64,000 nucleotides of DNA from Escherichia coli (GCF_009931435.1 NZ_CP043414.1); one strand, 5' to 3'; numbered from the stretch's first letter, positions 36,550-52,920 are shown. A program made the numbers and translations. The notes: generated by a model not told the origin, from the sequence alone.

Positions 36550-37320
36550 ATGTTACGTATTGCGGACAAAACGTTTGATTCACATCTGTTTACCGGCACC
36601 GGGAAATTCGCCTCTTCACAATTGATGGTGGAGGCGATCCGCGCTTCCGGCAGCCAACTGGTGACGCTGGCGATGAAACGCGTCGACTTGCGCCAGCACA
36701 ACGATGCTATCCTCGAACCGCTTATCGCGGCGGGTGTGACCCTGCTGCCGAATACTTCCGGGGCGAAAACAGCGGAAGAAGCCATTTTCGCCGCCCATCT
36801 GGCACGTGAAGCATTAGGCACAAACTGGCTAAAATTAGAGATTCACCCTGACGCCCGCTGGCTGTTGCCCGATCCCATCGAAACCCTGAAAGCCGCCGAA
36901 ACACTGGTACAACAGGGATTTGTCGTGCTGCCTTACTGCGGTGCCGATCCGGTGTTGTGCAAACGTCTGGAAGAAGTCGGCTGTGCAGCGGTGATGCCGC
37001 TCGGCGCGCCGATTGGCTCGAATCAGGGACTGGAAACCCGCGCCATGCTGGAGATTATTATCCAGCAAGCCACGGTTCCGGTGGTCGTTGATGCTGGCAT
37101 TGGCGTTCCCAGCCATGCCGCGCAGGCGCTTGAAATGGGAGCCGATGCGGTGTTAGTGAATACGGCGATTGCCGTCGCGGACGATCCCGTCAACATGGCG
37201 AAGGCATTTCGTCTGGCGGTAGACGCCGGCCTGCTGGCACGTCAGTCCGGGCCGGGCAGTCGCAGTCATTTTGCTCATGCCACTAGCCCGCTGACCGGAT
37301 TTCTGGAGGCATCGGCATGA
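36550..37320 (+). CDS. thiG: Thiazole synthase ThiG (256 aa)
   Basis: ORF 36505..37320 trimmed to [20 protein letters not shown] start. Confidence 0.95.
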   Translation: MLRIADKTFDSHLFTGTGKFASSQLMVEAIRASGSQLVTLAMKRVDLRQHNDAILEPLIAAGVTLLPNTSGAKTAEEAIFAAHLAREALGTNWLKLEIHPDARWLLPDPIETLKAAETLVQQGFVVLPYCGADPVLCKRLEEVGCAAVMPLGAPIGSNQGLETRAMLEIIIQQATVPVVVDAGIGVPSHAAQALEMGADAVLVNTAIAVADDPVNMAKAFRLAVDAGLLARQSGPGSRSHFAHATSPLTGFLEASA

Positions 37321-38450
37321 AAACCTTCAGTGATCGCTGGCGACAACTGGACTGGGACGACATCCGCCTGCGAATCAACAGCAAAACGGCAGCTGACGTA
37401 GAGCGGGCGCTCAATGTTTCGCAACTCACTCGCGACGATATGATGGCATTGCTATCACCTGCCGCCGGTGAATACCTGGAACCACTGGCTCAACGGGCGC
37501 AGCGTCTGACCCGTCAGCGATTTGGCAACGTCGTCAGCTTCTACGTCCCGCTTTATCTTTCCAATCTTTGCGCTAACGACTGCACGTACTGCGGATTTTC
37601 CATGAGCAATCGCATCAAGCGTAAAACGCTGGATGAAGCGGATATCACCAGGGAAAGCGCCGCTATCCGGGAGATGGGCTTTGAACATCTATTGCTGGTC
37701 ACTGGTGAACATCAGGCGAAAGTGGGGATGGATTACTTTCGTCGTCATCTCCCTGTCCTGCGTGAACAGTTCTCTTCACTACAGATGGAAGTACAGCCAC
37801 TGGCGGAAGCGGAATACGCCGAGTTAAAGCAACTTGGTCTGGATGGGGTGATGGTTTATCAGGAGACATATCACGAGGCGACATACGCCCACCATCATCT
37901 GAAAGGGAAAAAACAGGACTTCTTCTGGCGGCTGGAAACGCCGGATCGGCTGGGCCGTGCGGGGATAGATAAGATAGGCCTCGGCGCGCTAATCGGCCTT
38001 TCCGACAGCTGGCGCGTTGACTGCTATATGGTTGCCGAACATTTGCTATGGCTGCAACAACATTACTGGCAAAGCCGTTACTCTGTCTCCTTCCCGCGCC
38101 TGCGCCCGTGTACTGGCGGGATTGAGCCAGCGTCGATTATGGATGAACGCCAGTTAGTGCAAACTATCTGCGCCTTCCGCCTACTTGCGCCGGAGATTGA
38201 ACTGTCACTCTCCACGCGGGAATCACCGTGGTTTCGCGATCGCGTTATTCCGCTGGCGATCAATAACGTCAGCGCCTTCTCGAAAACGCAACCTGGTGGC
38301 TATGCCGACAATCATCCGGAGCTGGAGCAATTCTCACCGCACGACGATCGCAGGCCGGAAGCCGTTGCTGCTGCATTAACTGCTCAGGGTTTGCAGCCGG
38401 TATGGAAAGACTGGGACAGCTATCTGGGACGTGCCTCGCAAAGGACATGA
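37317..38450 (+). CDS. thiH: Radical-SAM tyrosine lyase ThiH (377 aa)
   Basis: CANDCTYC radical-SAM motif; 4-bp overlap with thiG. Confidence 0.96.
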   Translation: MKTFSDRWRQLDWDDIRLRINSKTAADVERALNVSQLTRDDMMALLSPAAGEYLEPLAQRAQRLTRQRFGNVVSFYVPLYLSNLCANDCTYCGFSMSNRIKRKTLDEADITRESAAIREMGFEHLLLVTGEHQAKVGMDYFRRHLPVLREQFSSLQMEVQPLAEAEYAELKQLGLDGVMVYQETYHEATYAHHHLKGKKQDFFWRLETPDRLGRAGIDKIGLGALIGLSDSWRVDCYMVAEHLLWLQQHYWQSRYSVSFPRLRPCTGGIEPASIMDERQLVQTICAFRLLAPEIELSLSTRESPWFRDRVIPLAINNVSAFSKTQPGGYADNHPELEQFSPHDDRRPEAVAAALTAQGLQPVWKDWDSYLGRASQRT

Positions 38451-38496
38451 GACAGAATGTAAGAACGTAAATTTATTCCGAGCAGCTACGGAAGAT

Positions 38497-38533
38497 GAAA
38501 AACGCAAGGTTGTTGAAAGCGTTGCGTTTTTTT
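38497..38533 (+). terminator. Terminator of the thiCEFSGH operon (bidirectional hairpin)
   Basis: AAAAACGCAAGGTTGTTGAAAGCGTTGCGTTTTTTT about 50 nt after the thiH stop; A-run on the other side too. Confidence 0.75.
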
Positions 38534-38644
38534 ATGTTAGTACCGTCAGCAGGAATGTTGTCCAGGGCGAAAAGCTTCTTCCTCGTTTCGCCCTGCCTTT
38601 CTTAATATTTCCCATGAAGAATTTGCCCTCTGAATAACACCCAT

Positions 38645-38666
38645 AAAAAAACCCGCCGAAGCGGGT
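38645..38666 (-). terminator. rpoBC operon terminator
   Basis: Minus-strand AAAAACCCGCTTCGGCGGGTTTTTTT, 25 nt after the rpoC stop. Confidence 0.85.
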
Positions 38667-38691
38667 TTTTACGTTATTTGCGGATTAACGA

Positions 38692-41600
38692 TTACTCGTT
38701 ATCAGAACCGCCCAGACCTGCGTTCAGCAGTTCTGCCAGGCTGGCAGATGCGTCTTCTGCAGTCACCTGCGGTGCAGCCGGAGCTTCACCCGCAGCACGG
38801 CGACGCATACGATCCTGGTGGTACGCGTAACCGGTACCTGCCGGGATCAGACGACCTACGATAACGTTCTCTTTCAGGCCGCGCAGTTCGTCGCGTTTGC
38901 CCGCAACGGCTGCTTCGGTCAGCACGCGAGTGGTCTCCTGGAACGATGCCGCGGAGATGAAGGACTCGGTTGCCAGAGACGCTTTGGTGATACCCAGCAG
39001 ATCGCGGGAGTAAGTTGCACCCACTTTGCCGTTCGCTTCCAGTTCGCGGTTTGCGATCTTGACGCGAGAGTATTCAACCTGTTCGCCTTCCAGGAAGTCG
39101 GAGCTGCCCGCGTTAACGATGGTAGCTTTACGCAGCATCTGACGAACGATAACTTCGATGTGTTTATCGTTAATCTTAACGCCCTGCAGACGGTATACGT
39201 CCTGTACTTCGTTAACGATGTAACGAGTCACAGCATGAACACCACGCAGACGCAGAATGTCATGCGGCGCTTCCGGACCGTCGGAAATTACGTCACCACG
39301 TTCTACACGTTCACCTTCGAACACGTTGAGCTGACGCCATTTCGGAATCATCTCTTCGTACGGCTCGCTACCGTCTACCGGGGTGATAACCAGACGACGT
39401 TTACCTTTGGTTTCTTTACCGAAGGAAACCACACCGCTGATTTCAGCCAGGATTGCCGGCTCTTTCGGACGACGTGCTTCGAACAGGTCCGCAACGCGTG
39501 GCAGACCACCGGTGATGTCCTTGGTACCGCCAGATTCTTGCGGAATACGCGCCAGGGTGTCACCAGAGCTGATCTGTACGCCATCTTCCAGCTGAACAAT
39601 CGCTTTACCCGGCAGGAAGTACTGCGCAGGCATGTCGGTACCCGGGATCAGAACGTCGTTACCCTGAGCATCAACGATTTTCAGTGCCGGACGCAGATCT
39701 TTACCACCTGCGGTACGTTCTGCGGAATCCAGAACCACCAGCGAAGACAGACCGGTCAATTCGTCGGTCTGACGAGTAATGGTCTGGCCGTCGATCATGT
39801 CAGTAAAGCGTACAAAACCGCTTACTTCGGTGATAACCGGCATGGTGTGCGGGTCCCAGTTTGCAACGGTCTCGCCGCCAGCAACCTGTTCGCCATCGCC
39901 TTTCGCCAGTACTGCACCGTAAGGCACTTTATAGCTTTCTTTGGTACGACCGAATTCGTCGATCAATTTCAGTTCGGTGTTACGGGAAGTGATAACCAGT
40001 TTGCCGCTGGAGTTCACAACCGACTTCACGTTGCTGAGCTTGATGCTACCTTTGTTTTTCACCTGGATGCTGGATTCAGCAGCCGCACGAGATGCCGCAC
40101 CACCGATGTGGAACGTACGCATGGTCAGCTGTGTACCCGGTTCACCGATGGACTGTGCCGCGATAACACCGATTGCTTCACCTTTGTTGATGATGTGGCC
40201 ACGTGCCAGGTCACGACCGTAGCAGTGCGCACATACACCAAAGTCGGTGTCACAAGATACAACAGAACGTACTTTAACCGCGTCGACAGAGTTCTCTTCC
40301 AGCAGGTCACACCACTGTTCGTGCAGCAGCGTGTTGCGCGGAACCAGGATATCAGCAGTACCCGGTTTAAGAACGTCTTCAGCAGTTACACGACCCAGTA
40401 CGCGATCGCGCAGCGGCTCTTTAACATCACCACCCTCGATAACCGGCGTCATCATGATACCTTCATGGGTACCACAATCGTCTTCGGTTACCACCAGGTC
40501 CTGCGCAACGTCAACCAGACGACGAGTCAGGTAACCGGAGTTCGCCGTCTTCAGTGCGGTATCCGCCAGACCTTTACGAGCACCGTGGGTTGAGATGAAG
40601 TACTGGAGTACGTTCAGACCTTCACGGAAGTTCGCGGTGATTGGCGTTTCGATGATGGAGCCATCCGGCTTCGCCATCAGACCACGCATACCCGCCAGCT
40701 GACGAATCTGTGCCGCAGAACCACGCGCACCGGAGTCGGCCATCATGTAGATGCTGTTGAAGGAAACCTGCTTCTCTTCCTGACCGTCACGGTTAATAAC
40801 GGTTTCAGTTTGCAGGTTATCCATCATCGCTTTGGATACACGATCGTTCGCCGCAGCCCAGATATCGATAACTTTGTTGTAGCGTTCGCCCGCAGTTACC
40901 AGACCAGACTGGAACTGCTCCTGAATCTCAGCAACTTCAGCTTCTGCCTCGGAGATGATTTCGTGTTTCTTCTCCGGGATGACCATGTCATCGATACCAA
41001 CAGATGCACCAGAACGCGCTGCATATGCAAAGCCGGTGTACATGATCTGGTCCGCAAAAATAACGGTCGGTTTCAGACCGAGAATGCGGTAGCAGGTGTT
41101 CAGCATTTTGGAGATTGCTTTCTTACCCAGCGCCTGGTTGACGATGGAGTAAGGCAGACCTTTCGGTACAATCATCCACAGAATGGCACGGCCAACGGTC
41201 GTATCTTTCAGGCTGGTTTTCGCTACTAATTCACCGTTAGCATCTTTTTCATACTCGGTGATACGCACTTTAACGCGCGCATGCAGAGAAGCCAGACCAG
41301 AGCGATACAGACGTTCTGCTTCTTTCGGGCCAGTCAGTACCATGCCTTCGCCTTTGGCGTTAACACAGTCACGGGTCATGTAGTACAGACCCAATACAAC
41401 GTCCTGAGACGGAACGATGATTGGTTCGCCGTTCGCCGGGGACAGGATGTTGTTGGTAGACATCATCAGCGCACGCGCTTCCAGCTGGGCTTCCAGTGTC
41501 AGCGGTACGTGAACAGCCATCTGGTCACCATCGAAGTCGGCGTTATATGCCGCACAAACCAGCGGGTGCAGCTGGATAGCTTTACCTTCGATCAGTACCG

Positions 41601-42915
41601 GTTCAAATGCCTGGATACCCAGACGGTGCAGAGTCGGTGCACGGTTCAGCAGTACCGGGTGTTCGCGGATAACTTCGTCCAGGATATCCCAAACGACAGC
41701 TTCTTCGCGCTCAACCATTTTCTTCGCAGCTTTAATGGTGGTAGCAAGACCACGCAGTTCCAGCTTGCCGTAGATGAACGGTTTGAACAGTTCCAGTGCC
41801 ATTTTCTTCGGCAGACCGCACTGATGCAGACGCAGGTATGGACCTACGGTGATTACAGAACGACCGGAGTAGTCAACACGCTTACCGAGCAGGTTCTGAC
41901 GGAAACGACCCTGTTTACCTTTGATCATGTCGGCCAAAGATTTCAGAGGACGCTTGTTAGAACCGGTGATCGCACGACCGCGACGACCGTTATCCAACAG
42001 GGCGTCTACCGCTTCCTGCAGCATACGTTTTTCATTACGTACGATGATGTCCGGCGCAGCCAGATCCAGCAGACGTTTCAGACGGTTGTTACGGTTAATG
42101 ACGCGACGATACAGATCGTTCAGGTCAGAAGTCGCGAAACGACCACCATCCAGCGGAACCAGCGGACGCAGATCTGGCGGCAGTACCGGCAGAACGGTCA
42201 GGATCATCCACTCTGGTTTGTTACCAGACTGAACGAACGCTTCCAGCAGTTTGATACGCTTGGTCAGCTTCTTACGCTTAGTTTCGGAGTTGGTTTCGTT
42301 CAGCTCTTCACGCAGCTGTTCGCACTCTTGCTCCAGATCCATGCTCTTCAGCAGAGCCTGGATTGCTTCCGCACCCATTTTCGCGTCGAATTCGTCACCG
42401 AACTCTTCCAGCGCGTCCAGATACTGCTCTTCAGTCAGGATCTGCTGACGCTCCAGGTTGGTCATACCGCCTTCGATAACCACATAGGATTCGAAGTACA
42501 GTACGCGTTCGATATCGCGCAGCGGCATATCGAGCAGCAGGCCGATACGGGACGGCAGCGATTTCAGGAACCAGATGTGCGCGGTCGGGGAAGCCAGTTC
42601 GATGTGGCCCATACGCTCACGGCGTACTTTAGTCTGGGTCACTTCAACGCCGCACTTCTCACAGATGACGCCACGGTGTTTCAGGCGCTTGTACTTACCG
42701 CACAGGCACTCGTAATCTTTTACCGGCCCAAAGATACGGGCGCAGAAAAGGCCGTCACGTTCTGGTTTGAACGTACGGTAGTTGATGGTTTCCGGCTTTT
42801 TAACTTCACCGAAAGACCATGAACGGATCATGTCTGGCGAAGCCAGAGCAATTTTGATCGCATCAAACTCTTCGGTTTTAGTCTGCGCTTTCAGAAACTT
42901 TAATAAATCTTTCAC
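38692..42915 (-). CDS. rpoC: RNA polymerase beta' subunit RpoC (1407 aa)
   Basis: Full-length [36 protein letters not shown]..., NADFDGD active site. Confidence 0.99.
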   Translation of the reverse strand: MKDLLKFLKAQTKTEEFDAIKIALASPDMIRSWSFGEVKKPETINYRTFKPERDGLFCARIFGPVKDYECLCGKYKRLKHRGVICEKCGVEVTQTKVRRERMGHIELASPTAHIWFLKSLPSRIGLLLDMPLRDIERVLYFESYVVIEGGMTNLERQQILTEEQYLDALEEFGDEFDAKMGAEAIQALLKSMDLEQECEQLREELNETNSETKRKKLTKRIKLLEAFVQSGNKPEWMILTVLPVLPPDLRPLVPLDGGRFATSDLNDLYRRVINRNNRLKRLLDLAAPDIIVRNEKRMLQEAVDALLDNGRRGRAITGSNKRPLKSLADMIKGKQGRFRQNLLGKRVDYSGRSVITVGPYLRLHQCGLPKKMALELFKPFIYGKLELRGLATTIKAAKKMVEREEAVVWDILDEVIREHPVLLNRAPTLHRLGIQAFEPVLIEGKAIQLHPLVCAAYNADFDGDQMAVHVPLTLEAQLEARALMMSTNNILSPANGEPIIVPSQDVVLGLYYMTRDCVNAKGEGMVLTGPKEAERLYRSGLASLHARVKVRITEYEKDANGELVAKTSLKDTTVGRAILWMIVPKGLPYSIVNQALGKKAISKMLNTCYRILGLKPTVIFADQIMYTGFAYAARSGASVGIDDMVIPEKKHEIISEAEAEVAEIQEQFQSGLVTAGERYNKVIDIWAAANDRVSKAMMDNLQTETVINRDGQEEKQVSFNSIYMMADSGARGSAAQIRQLAGMRGLMAKPDGSIIETPITANFREGLNVLQYFISTHGARKGLADTALKTANSGYLTRRLVDVAQDLVVTEDDCGTHEGIMMTPVIEGGDVKEPLRDRVLGRVTAEDVLKPGTADILVPRNTLLHEQWCDLLEENSVDAVKVRSVVSCDTDFGVCAHCYGRDLARGHIINKGEAIGVIAAQSIGEPGTQLTMRTFHIGGAASRAAAESSIQVKNKGSIKLSNVKSVVNSSGKLVITSRNTELKLIDEFGRTKESYKVPYGAVLAKGDGEQVAGGETVANWDPHTMPVITEVSGFVRFTDMIDGQTITRQTDELTGLSSLVVLDSAERTAGGKDLRPALKIVDAQGNDVLIPGTDMPAQYFLPGKAIVQLEDGVQISSGDTLARIPQESGGTKDITGGLPRVADLFEARRPKEPAILAEISGVVSFGKETKGKRRLVITPVDGSEPYEEMIPKWRQLNVFEGERVERGDVISDGPEAPHDILRLRGVHAVTRYIVNEVQDVYRLQGVKINDKHIEVIVRQMLRKATIVNAGSSDFLEGEQVEYSRVKIANRELEANGKVGATYSRDLLGITKASLATESFISAASFQETTRVLTEAAVAGKRDELRGLKENVIVGRLIPAGTGYAYHQDRMRRRAAGEAPAAPQVTAEDASASLAELLNAGLGGSDNE

Positions 42916-42991
42916 GGATTTGCTCCCGTCGGAGTTAGCACAATCCGCTGCCGGGTTTTACCCCGACAGCAGTGACCTGTTTGAGCGAGAA

Positions 42992-45900
42992 TTACTCGTC
43001 TTCCAGTTCGATGTTGATACCCAGCGAACGAATCTCTTTCAACAATACGTTGAAGGATTCTGGCATGCCCGGCTCCATCTGATGGTTGCCGTCCACGATG
43101 TTTTTATACATCTTGGTACGACCGTTCACGTCATCAGACTTAACGGTGAGCATTTCCTGCAGGGTGTATGCTGCGCCGTATGCTTCCAGCGCCCACACTT
43201 CCATCTCCCCGAAACGCTGACCACCGAACTGTGCCTTACCACCCAGCGGCTGCTGAGTAACCAGGCTGTAAGAACCGGTGGAACGCGCGTGCATCTTGTC
43301 GTCGACCAGGTGGTTCAGTTTCAGCATGTACATGTAACCCACGGTTACCGGACGTTCGAACTGTTCACCAGTGCGACCGTCGTACAGGCGGATCTGACCA
43401 GAAGTCGGCAGGTCGCCAAGTTTCAGCAGTTCTTTAATTTCTGCTTCTTTCGCACCGTCGAAGACCGGCGTTGCGATTGGCATACCTTTGCGCAGGTTTT
43501 CAGCCAGACGCATAACTTCTTCATCGCTGAAGGTACTCAGGTCAACTTTCTGACGAACGTCAGCGCCCAGATCGTATGCACGCTGGATGAATTCGCGCAG
43601 TTTCGCGACTTCTTGCTGCTGTTTCAGCATGGCGTTGATCTTGTCGCCGATACCTTTCGCAGCCATACCCAGGTGGGTTTCGAGGATCTGACCGATGTTC
43701 ATACGAGACGGTACGCCCAGCGGGTTCAGTACGATGTCTACCGGCGTACCGTTTTCATCGTAAGGCATATCTTCGATCGGGTTGATCTTAGAAATTACAC
43801 CCTTGTTACCGTGACGACCTGCCATCTTGTCACCAGGCTGGATACGGCGTTTAACCGCCAGATATACCTTAACAATCTTCAGCACGCCCGGTGCCAGATC
43901 GTCGCCCTGGGTGATTTTGCGGCGTTTCGCTTCGAGTTTCTTCTCGAACTCGTGTTTCAGTTCGTCATATTGCTCAGCCAGCTGTTCCAGCTGATTTTGT
44001 TTCTCTTCGTCGGTCAGGCCCAGCTCCAGCCAGCGATCGCGCGGCAGTTTGTCGAGCTTCTCAGCTTCAACGCCACCGGCTACCAGCACAGCACGGATAC
44101 GGCTGAACAGACCCGCTTCGAGGATCTGCAGTTCTTCAGACAGGTCTTTCTTCGCCTGTTTGAGCTGCATTTCTTCGATTTCCAGCGCACGTTTGTCTTT
44201 TTCTACGCCATCGCGAGTAAAGACCTGAACGTCGATAACCGTACCGGATACACCGTTTGGTACACGCAGAGAAGAGTCTTTAACGTCAGACGCTTTCTCA
44301 CCGAAGATCGCACGCAGCAGTTTCTCTTCTGGAGTCAGCTGGGTTTCACCTTTCGGCGTTACCTTACCAACCAGAATGTCGCCACCGGTCACTTCCGCAC
44401 CAATGTAAACGATACCGGATTCATCCAGTTTGGAGAGCGCAGCTTCACCTACGTTCGGGATGTCAGCAGTGATCTCTTCTGGCCCCAGCTTGGTGTCACG
44501 GGACACACATGCCAGTTCCTGAATGTGGATGGTGGTGAAACGGTCTTCCTGAACAACACGCTCGGATACGAGGATGGAGTCTTCGAAGTTGTAACCATTC
44601 CACGGCATGAACGCTACGCGCATGTTCTGACCGAGCGCCAGTTCACCGAGGTCGGTGGACGGACCGTCTGCCAGCACGTCGCCGCGCTCTACCGGTTCAC
44701 CCAGAGACACACACGGCATCTGGTTGATACAGGTGTTCTGGTTAGAACGGGTGTATTTGGTCAGGTTGTAGATGTCGATACCCGCTTCGCCCGGATACAT
44801 CTCGTCTTCGTTAACTTTGATAACGATACGGGAAGCATCCACGTACTGAACGACACCACCACGTTTAGCAACCGCAGTTACACCGGAGTCAACGGCAACA
44901 GCACGTTCCATACCCGTACCAACCAGCGGCTTATCAGCACGCAGAGTCGGAACGGCCTGACGTTGCATGTTCGCACCCATCAATGCACGGTTGGCGTCAT
45001 CGTGTTCAAGGAACGGGATCAGGGACGCACCGACGGATACCACCTGCTGGGTGGATACGTCCATGTAGTCAACCTGGTCGCGGCTGAACAAGCTGGATTC
45101 GCCTTTGCTACGGCAAGTTACCAGGTCTTCTACGAAGTGGCCTTCTTCATCCAGGTTGGAGTTCGCCTGGGCGATAACGTAGTTGCCTTCTTCGATAGCA
45201 GACAGGTAGTGAATTTCGTCGGTTACAACACCGTCGATCACTTTACGGTACGGCGTCTCAAGGAAGCCATATTCGTTAGTCTGTGCGTACACGGACAGGG
45301 AGTTGATCAGACCGATGTTCGGGCCTTCAGGAGTTTCGATTGGACATACGCGACCGTAGTGAGTCGGGTGTACGTCTCGAACTTCGAAGCCTGCACGTTC
45401 ACGGGTCAGACCGCCTGGGCCGAGTGCGGAGATACGACGCTTGTGCGTAATCTCAGACAGCGGGTTGTTCTGGTCCATAAACTGAGACAGCTGGCTGGAA
45501 CCAAAGAACTCTTTCACTGCTGCGGAAATCGGTTTGGCGTTGATCATATCCTGAGGCATCAGGGTATCCAGATCGCCCAGAGACAAACGCTCTTTCACCG
45601 CACGCTCTACACGTACCAGGCCAACGCGGAACTGGTTTTCCGCCATTTCGCCAACGGAACGGATACGACGGTTACCGAGGTGGTCGATATCATCGACTTC
45701 GCCTTTACCGTTACGGATATCGATGAGCTTTTTCATAACATCAATGATGTCGTCTTTGCTCAGGATACCGGAACCTTCGATTTCGTCGCGTAGCAGAGAG
45801 CGGTTGAACTTCATACGACCAACCGCAGACAAGTCATAGCGGTCTTCAGAGAAGAACAGGTTCTCGAACAGGCTTTCAGCGGCTTCACGAGTCGGCGGCT

Positions 45901-47020
45901 CGCCAGGGCGCATCATGCGGTAGATTTCTACCAGTGCGCTCAGACGATCGTTAGTTGGGTCGACACGTAAGGTTTCAGAGATATACGGGCCGTGATCCAG
46001 ATCGTTGGTGAACAGCGTTTCGATACGCTTGTGACCAGACTGGCTCAGCTTAGCCAGCAGATCCAGGCTCAGCTCCATGTTCGCAGCACAGATCAGCTCG
46101 CCGGTAGACTCATCAATATAGTCTTTAGCAACCACTTTACCTGCGATGTACTCAACCGGGACTTCGATCAGTTTGACGTCGTCTTTTTCCAGCTGGCGAA
46201 TGTGGCGCGCAGTAATACGGCGGCCTTTTTCTACGTACACTTTACCGTTAGCTTCGATGTCGAAAGATGCGGTTTCACCACGCAGGCGTTCCGGCACCAG
46301 TTCCATCTGCAGCTTGTTATCACGGATTTCAAAGATAACTTTTTCAAAGAACAGGTCGAGGATCTGCTCTGTGGTGTAGTTCAGGGCACGCAGAATGATG
46401 GTCGCAGGCAGTTTACGGCGACGGTCGATACGTACGAACAGGTTGTCCTTCGGATCGAATTCGAAGTCCAGCCAGGAACCACGGTAAGGGATGATGCGCG
46501 CGTTATACAGCACTTTACCCGAAGAGTGGGTTTTACCTTTGTCGGAGTCAAAGAAGACGCCCGGACTACGGTGCAGCTGGGAAACGATAACACGCTCAGT
46601 ACCGTTGATAACAAAGGTACCGTTGTCCGTCATGAGCGGAATTTCGCCCATGTAGACTTCTTGTTCTTTAATGTCTTTTACGGTGCCTTCCGGCGCTTCG
46701 CGCTCATAGATCACCAGACGCAGTTTAACGCGCAGCGGTGCGGAATAGGTCACGCCACGGATTTGACATTCCTGGACGTCAAACACCGGTTCGCCAAGGC
46801 GGTAGCTGACGTATTGCAGCTCGGAATTACCGCTGTAGCTCTGAATCGGGAATACGGAACGGAAAGCAGCTTCCAGACCATACTGCCCTTCAGGATCTTG
46901 CTCGATAAATTTCTGAAACGAGTCAAGCTGGATAGAAAGGAGATAAGGTACATCCAGAACTTGTGGACGTTTACCAAAATCCTTACGAATACGTTTTTTC
47001 TCGGTATAGGAGTAAACCAT
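42992..47020 (-). CDS. rpoB: RNA polymerase beta subunit RpoB (1342 aa)
   Basis: ORF 42992..47053 trimmed to [35 protein letters not shown] start. Confidence 0.99.
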   Translation of the reverse strand: MVYSYTEKKRIRKDFGKRPQVLDVPYLLSIQLDSFQKFIEQDPEGQYGLEAAFRSVFPIQSYSGNSELQYVSYRLGEPVFDVQECQIRGVTYSAPLRVKLRLVIYEREAPEGTVKDIKEQEVYMGEIPLMTDNGTFVINGTERVIVSQLHRSPGVFFDSDKGKTHSSGKVLYNARIIPYRGSWLDFEFDPKDNLFVRIDRRRKLPATIILRALNYTTEQILDLFFEKVIFEIRDNKLQMELVPERLRGETASFDIEANGKVYVEKGRRITARHIRQLEKDDVKLIEVPVEYIAGKVVAKDYIDESTGELICAANMELSLDLLAKLSQSGHKRIETLFTNDLDHGPYISETLRVDPTNDRLSALVEIYRMMRPGEPPTREAAESLFENLFFSEDRYDLSAVGRMKFNRSLLRDEIEGSGILSKDDIIDVMKKLIDIRNGKGEVDDIDHLGNRRIRSVGEMAENQFRVGLVRVERAVKERLSLGDLDTLMPQDMINAKPISAAVKEFFGSSQLSQFMDQNNPLSEITHKRRISALGPGGLTRERAGFEVRDVHPTHYGRVCPIETPEGPNIGLINSLSVYAQTNEYGFLETPYRKVIDGVVTDEIHYLSAIEEGNYVIAQANSNLDEEGHFVEDLVTCRSKGESSLFSRDQVDYMDVSTQQVVSVGASLIPFLEHDDANRALMGANMQRQAVPTLRADKPLVGTGMERAVAVDSGVTAVAKRGGVVQYVDASRIVIKVNEDEMYPGEAGIDIYNLTKYTRSNQNTCINQMPCVSLGEPVERGDVLADGPSTDLGELALGQNMRVAFMPWNGYNFEDSILVSERVVQEDRFTTIHIQELACVSRDTKLGPEEITADIPNVGEAALSKLDESGIVYIGAEVTGGDILVGKVTPKGETQLTPEEKLLRAIFGEKASDVKDSSLRVPNGVSGTVIDVQVFTRDGVEKDKRALEIEEMQLKQAKKDLSEELQILEAGLFSRIRAVLVAGGVEAEKLDKLPRDRWLELGLTDEEKQNQLEQLAEQYDELKHEFEKKLEAKRRKITQGDDLAPGVLKIVKVYLAVKRRIQPGDKMAGRHGNKGVISKINPIEDMPYDENGTPVDIVLNPLGVPSRMNIGQILETHLGMAAKGIGDKINAMLKQQQEVAKLREFIQRAYDLGADVRQKVDLSTFSDEEVMRLAENLRKGMPIATPVFDGAKEAEIKELLKLGDLPTSGQIRLYDGRTGEQFERPVTVGYMYMLKLNHLVDDKMHARSTGSYSLVTQQPLGGKAQFGGQRFGEMEVWALEAYGAAYTLQEMLTVKSDDVNGRTKMYKNIVDGNHQMEPGMPESFNVLLKEIRSLGINIELEDE

Positions 47021-47259
47021 AGGGTTCCTCAGCTCGCTGACAAGTCGACCCATCTGTCCATTGAGCGGACAGTTTGTGCAACACTATTTTGTTGACCGGA
47101 AAATGGAACACTTTCCGCAATGCCTGTTGCTATCACGCTTAAACCATTTCATTGCGATTTACACAGAACGGGCGTCCTGTCGCAGTATATTAAGTCGTCG
47201 ATAGAAACAAGCATTGAAAGGCACAGCAGTAGTCAAACAGTGTGAAACGCTACTGGCGC

Positions 47260-47290
47260 CTTACAGCGCAAAAAGGCTGGTGACTAAAAA
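47260..47290 (-). terminator. rplL-rpoB intergenic attenuator
   Basis: Minus-strand GGCTGGTGAC-TTTTTA-GTCACCAGCC followed by TTTTT, in the 319-bp rplL-rpoB spacer. Confidence 0.75.
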
Positions 47291-47339
47291 GTCACCAGCC
47301 ATCAGCCTGATTTCTCAGGCTGCAACCGGAAGGGTTGGC

Positions 47340-47705
<366 letters not shown>

Positions 47706-47771
47706 TTAAATTGTTCCTGAATATCAGAATAAGTTTATACGTAAGCGAATGCGTTAAAAAGATAACTGCGA

Positions 47772-48269
47772 TTAAGCAGCTTCTTTCGCATCGCGTACAG
47801 CAGCCAGAGTACGAACCAGTTTGCCAGCCGAAGCTTCTTTCATGGTTGCCATCAGGCGTGCAATTGCTTCTTCGTAGGTCGGCAGAGTTGCCAGGCGGTC
47901 GATCTGAGACGCCGGGATCAGCTCACCTTCAAAGGCAGCGGCTTTGACCTCAAATTTTGCATTCGCTTTCGCGAACTCTTTGAACAGACGAGCAGCTGCG
48001 CCCGGGTGTTCCATAGAGTATGCAATCAGGGTCGGACCAACAAACGCGTCTTTCAGGCACTCGAACGGAGTACCTTCAACAGCACGGCGCAGCAGGGTGT
48101 TACGAACAACACGCATGTATACGCCAGCTTCGCGACCTGCTTTACGCAGTTCAGTCATTTTATCTACAGTTACGCCACGGGAATCCGCAACTACTGCAGA
48201 CAGCGCGCCTTTGGCTACTTCGCTGACTTCAGCAACAATCGCTTGTTTGTCTTGAAGATTTAAAGCCAT
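47772..48269 (-). CDS. rplJ: Ribosomal protein L10
   Basis: [38 protein letters not shown]...; long structured leader upstream (48270-48680). Confidence 0.98.
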
Positions 48270-48681
48270 TAGCTTTGCTCCTGGATGTTTGCCAGAGAAA
48301 ATCTCTGGAACTCACTTCACTCTTCCAAACGGAGAGAGCGTCTTAATTACGGTGAGCAGAAACAAGCCAGAATATAAAAGAATAATCTTAGCGTTCTGTC
48401 ACCGTCTACGCAGGGGATTAAGTTTCTTGCGAAACTCCTGCGGTCTTCGACGGAGGCCTGGATAGGCCAGGCTCCAACGAACAAATCTTTTCTATCCGTC
48501 GCTATTCAGCTTGTAGCGGCGTTGGCTTCCTTCGTTCGCACCAGTCACATAGTTAGCTATGCTCCTGGCGACTCACTCAGTTGCCGCCTTGCTACAACCC
48601 GAATATCTCGGATATACGTCTGCATTAAGCATTATACGTGGGGGTAAGATTGTAGACAAAATCACCGCCCACGTAAAGGCA

Positions 48682-49881
<1,200 letters not shown>

Positions 49882-49976
49882 TTACGGGCAAGGCCCATAA
49901 AAACAAAAGGCGCGAAATTGTATTCCAATCTCGCGCCTTGTGCAACGATTAAATCGCCGTTTTTTTGATCACTAGG

Positions 49977-50522
49977 TTAGGCTTTTTCAACCTGGCTGAA
50001 GTCCAGCTCTACCGGGGTCGCACGACCGAAGATAGAAACAGACACTTTCAGACGAGATTTCTCGTAATCAACTTCTTCAACAACACCGTTGAAGTCAGCG
50101 AACGGACCATCATTAACACGAACCATTTCACCCGGTTCAAACAGCGTTTTCGGACGCGGCTTATCGCCAACCTGCTGCAGGCGATTCATAATCGCATCCA
50201 CTTCTTTATCGCTGATTGGCGCAGGACGATCGGAAGTACCGCCGATGAAGCCCATCACACGCGGTACGCTGCGCACCAGGTGCCAGCTCGCGTCGTTCAT
50301 CACCATCTGAACGAGGACGTAGCCAGGGAAGAATTTGCGTTCGCTTTTGCGACGCTGTCCGCCACGGATTTCAACCACTTCTTCGGTTGGTACCATGACT
50401 TCACCAAACAAATCTTCCATGTTATGTAATTTGATATGCTCACGTAGCGACGTTGCTACGCGGCCTTCAAAACCGGAAAACGCCTGAACGACGTACCAGC
50501 GCTTTTTAGGAGCTTCAGACAT
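49977..50522 (-). CDS. nusG: Transcription termination/antitermination factor NusG (181 aa)
   Basis: [38 protein letters not shown]... Confidence 0.98.
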
Positions 50523-50523
50523 C

Positions 50524-50907
50524 TCAGAACCTCAGGCCAGTGATAAAGGATACCAGGCGAACCAGAATACCATCCAGTCCCCACAGGATCAGTGACATTA
50601 CTGCGGTAACCGCAGCCACAATCAGCGTGGTGTGCAATGTTTCCTGGCGAGTCGGCCAAATGACCTTACGGACTTCGGTACGCGCTTCACGGGCAAAAGC
50701 AACGGTAGCTTTACCTTTTGTCGTTAACAGCGCGACACCACCCGCTGCAGCAATCAGAATTACTACGGCCAGCGCACGCAGCGGCAGCATAATGTCGCGA
50801 TAAAGGTAGTTGCCGACAATTGCTACCAGGAGCAATGCCACCACAACGACCCACTTCATCGCTTCCAGGCCGCGCCCGCTTCCTTGAGCTTCGGTATTCG
50901 CACTCAT
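50524..50907 (-). CDS. secE: Preprotein translocase subunit SecE (127 aa)
   Basis: Three TM segments, stop 1 nt before the nusG start. Confidence 0.97.
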
Positions 50908-51080
50908 AAACCAACCTGTCAGAAGTATTCTACAAACATTTTCACCCCGCGATCGCGAGGCAAACCAAATCGAAACGCGTATTAGCTTTTCGGATTATAC
51001 GCCCTCAACAGAGCCTGTCTCAGCAATGATTATGACAAAGAAAATCACTGATGAGCCAGGTTCTGGTACGAAAGCGTGCA

Positions 51081-51107
51081 AAAAGGGCATCAAATGATGC
51101 CCTTTTA
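51081..51107 (-). terminator. tufB terminator
   Basis: Hairpin GGGCATCA-AA-TGATGCCC flanked by A-run and T-run, 30 nt after the tufB stop. Confidence 0.7.
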
Positions 51108-51136
51108 GTGCGCATTGCGTCAAATGTTATCGGCAA

Positions 51137-52357
<1,221 letters not shown>

Positions 52358-52435
52358 TCACCACATCAACCAGGCAACATGCCCGACTTGTTGAATGCAA
52401 TAAACAGAAGGAAAAAACAGGGAGGAGAAAAGAAG

Positions 52436-52511
52436 TGGTGCTGATAGGCAGATTCGAACTGCCGACCTCACCCTTACCAAGGGTGCGCTCTACCAACTGA
52501 GCTATATCAGC
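52436..52511 (-). tRNA. thrT: tRNA-Thr(GGU)
   Basis: Reverse complement of GCTGATATAGCTCAGTTGGTAGAGCGCACCCTTGGTAAGGGTGAGGTCGGCAGTTCGAATCTGCCTATCAGCACCA. Confidence 0.95.
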
Positions 52512-52517
52512 ACATCT

Positions 52518-52592
<75 letters not shown>

Positions 52593-52708
52593 ATCCTGGA
52601 ACTCGGCTACCTGATTTTCATTCTGCACTGAATATCGAGAGAAGCTCTCTTTATTCGAGCCGGTAAGCGAACTTATCGTCTCGGGCTACGCCATCGCGTG
52701 GCCGAAAT

Positions 52709-52793
<85 letters not shown>

Positions 52794-52801
52794 GGACTTG
52801 A

Positions 52802-52877
<76 letters not shown>

Positions 52878-52891
52878 ATCAAGTAGCGCGC

Positions 52892-52920
52892 ATTCTATGG
52901 AGACATGCGAGTTCATGCAA
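52892..52920 (-). promoter_or_regulatory. Promoter of the thrU-tyrU-glyT-thrT-tufB operon
   Basis: Minus strand TTGCAT -17 bp- TAGAAT followed by GC-rich discriminator GCGCGC; AT-rich upstream region. Confidence 0.7.

Noticed and set aside
38431-38637. 68-codon plus-strand ORF between thiH and rpoC, considered as a possible yjaZ/htrC remnant or small protein
   Set aside because: It runs straight through both intrinsic terminator hairpins, has no SD and is on the strand opposite to where htrC would be expected; more likely spurious.
42782-45793. 1003-codon stop-free plus-strand ORF antisense to rpoB; also 591- and 513-codon antisense ORFs in rpoC, 485 codons opposite purH, 369 opposite tufB and 367 opposite the rpoB 5' end
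   Set aside because: The sense-strand products are unmistakable RpoB/RpoC/PurH/EF-Tu. The antisense translations are low-complexity, lack SD/start context and are the usual by-product of codon-biased, highly expressed genes. No evidence for an overlapping gene.
52593-52708. 116-bp spacer between tRNA-Gly and tRNA-Tyr, examined for a hidden small RNA or peptide
   Set aside because: No promoter, terminator or conserved ORF features are visible; consistent with an ordinary polycistronic tRNA spacer removed by processing.
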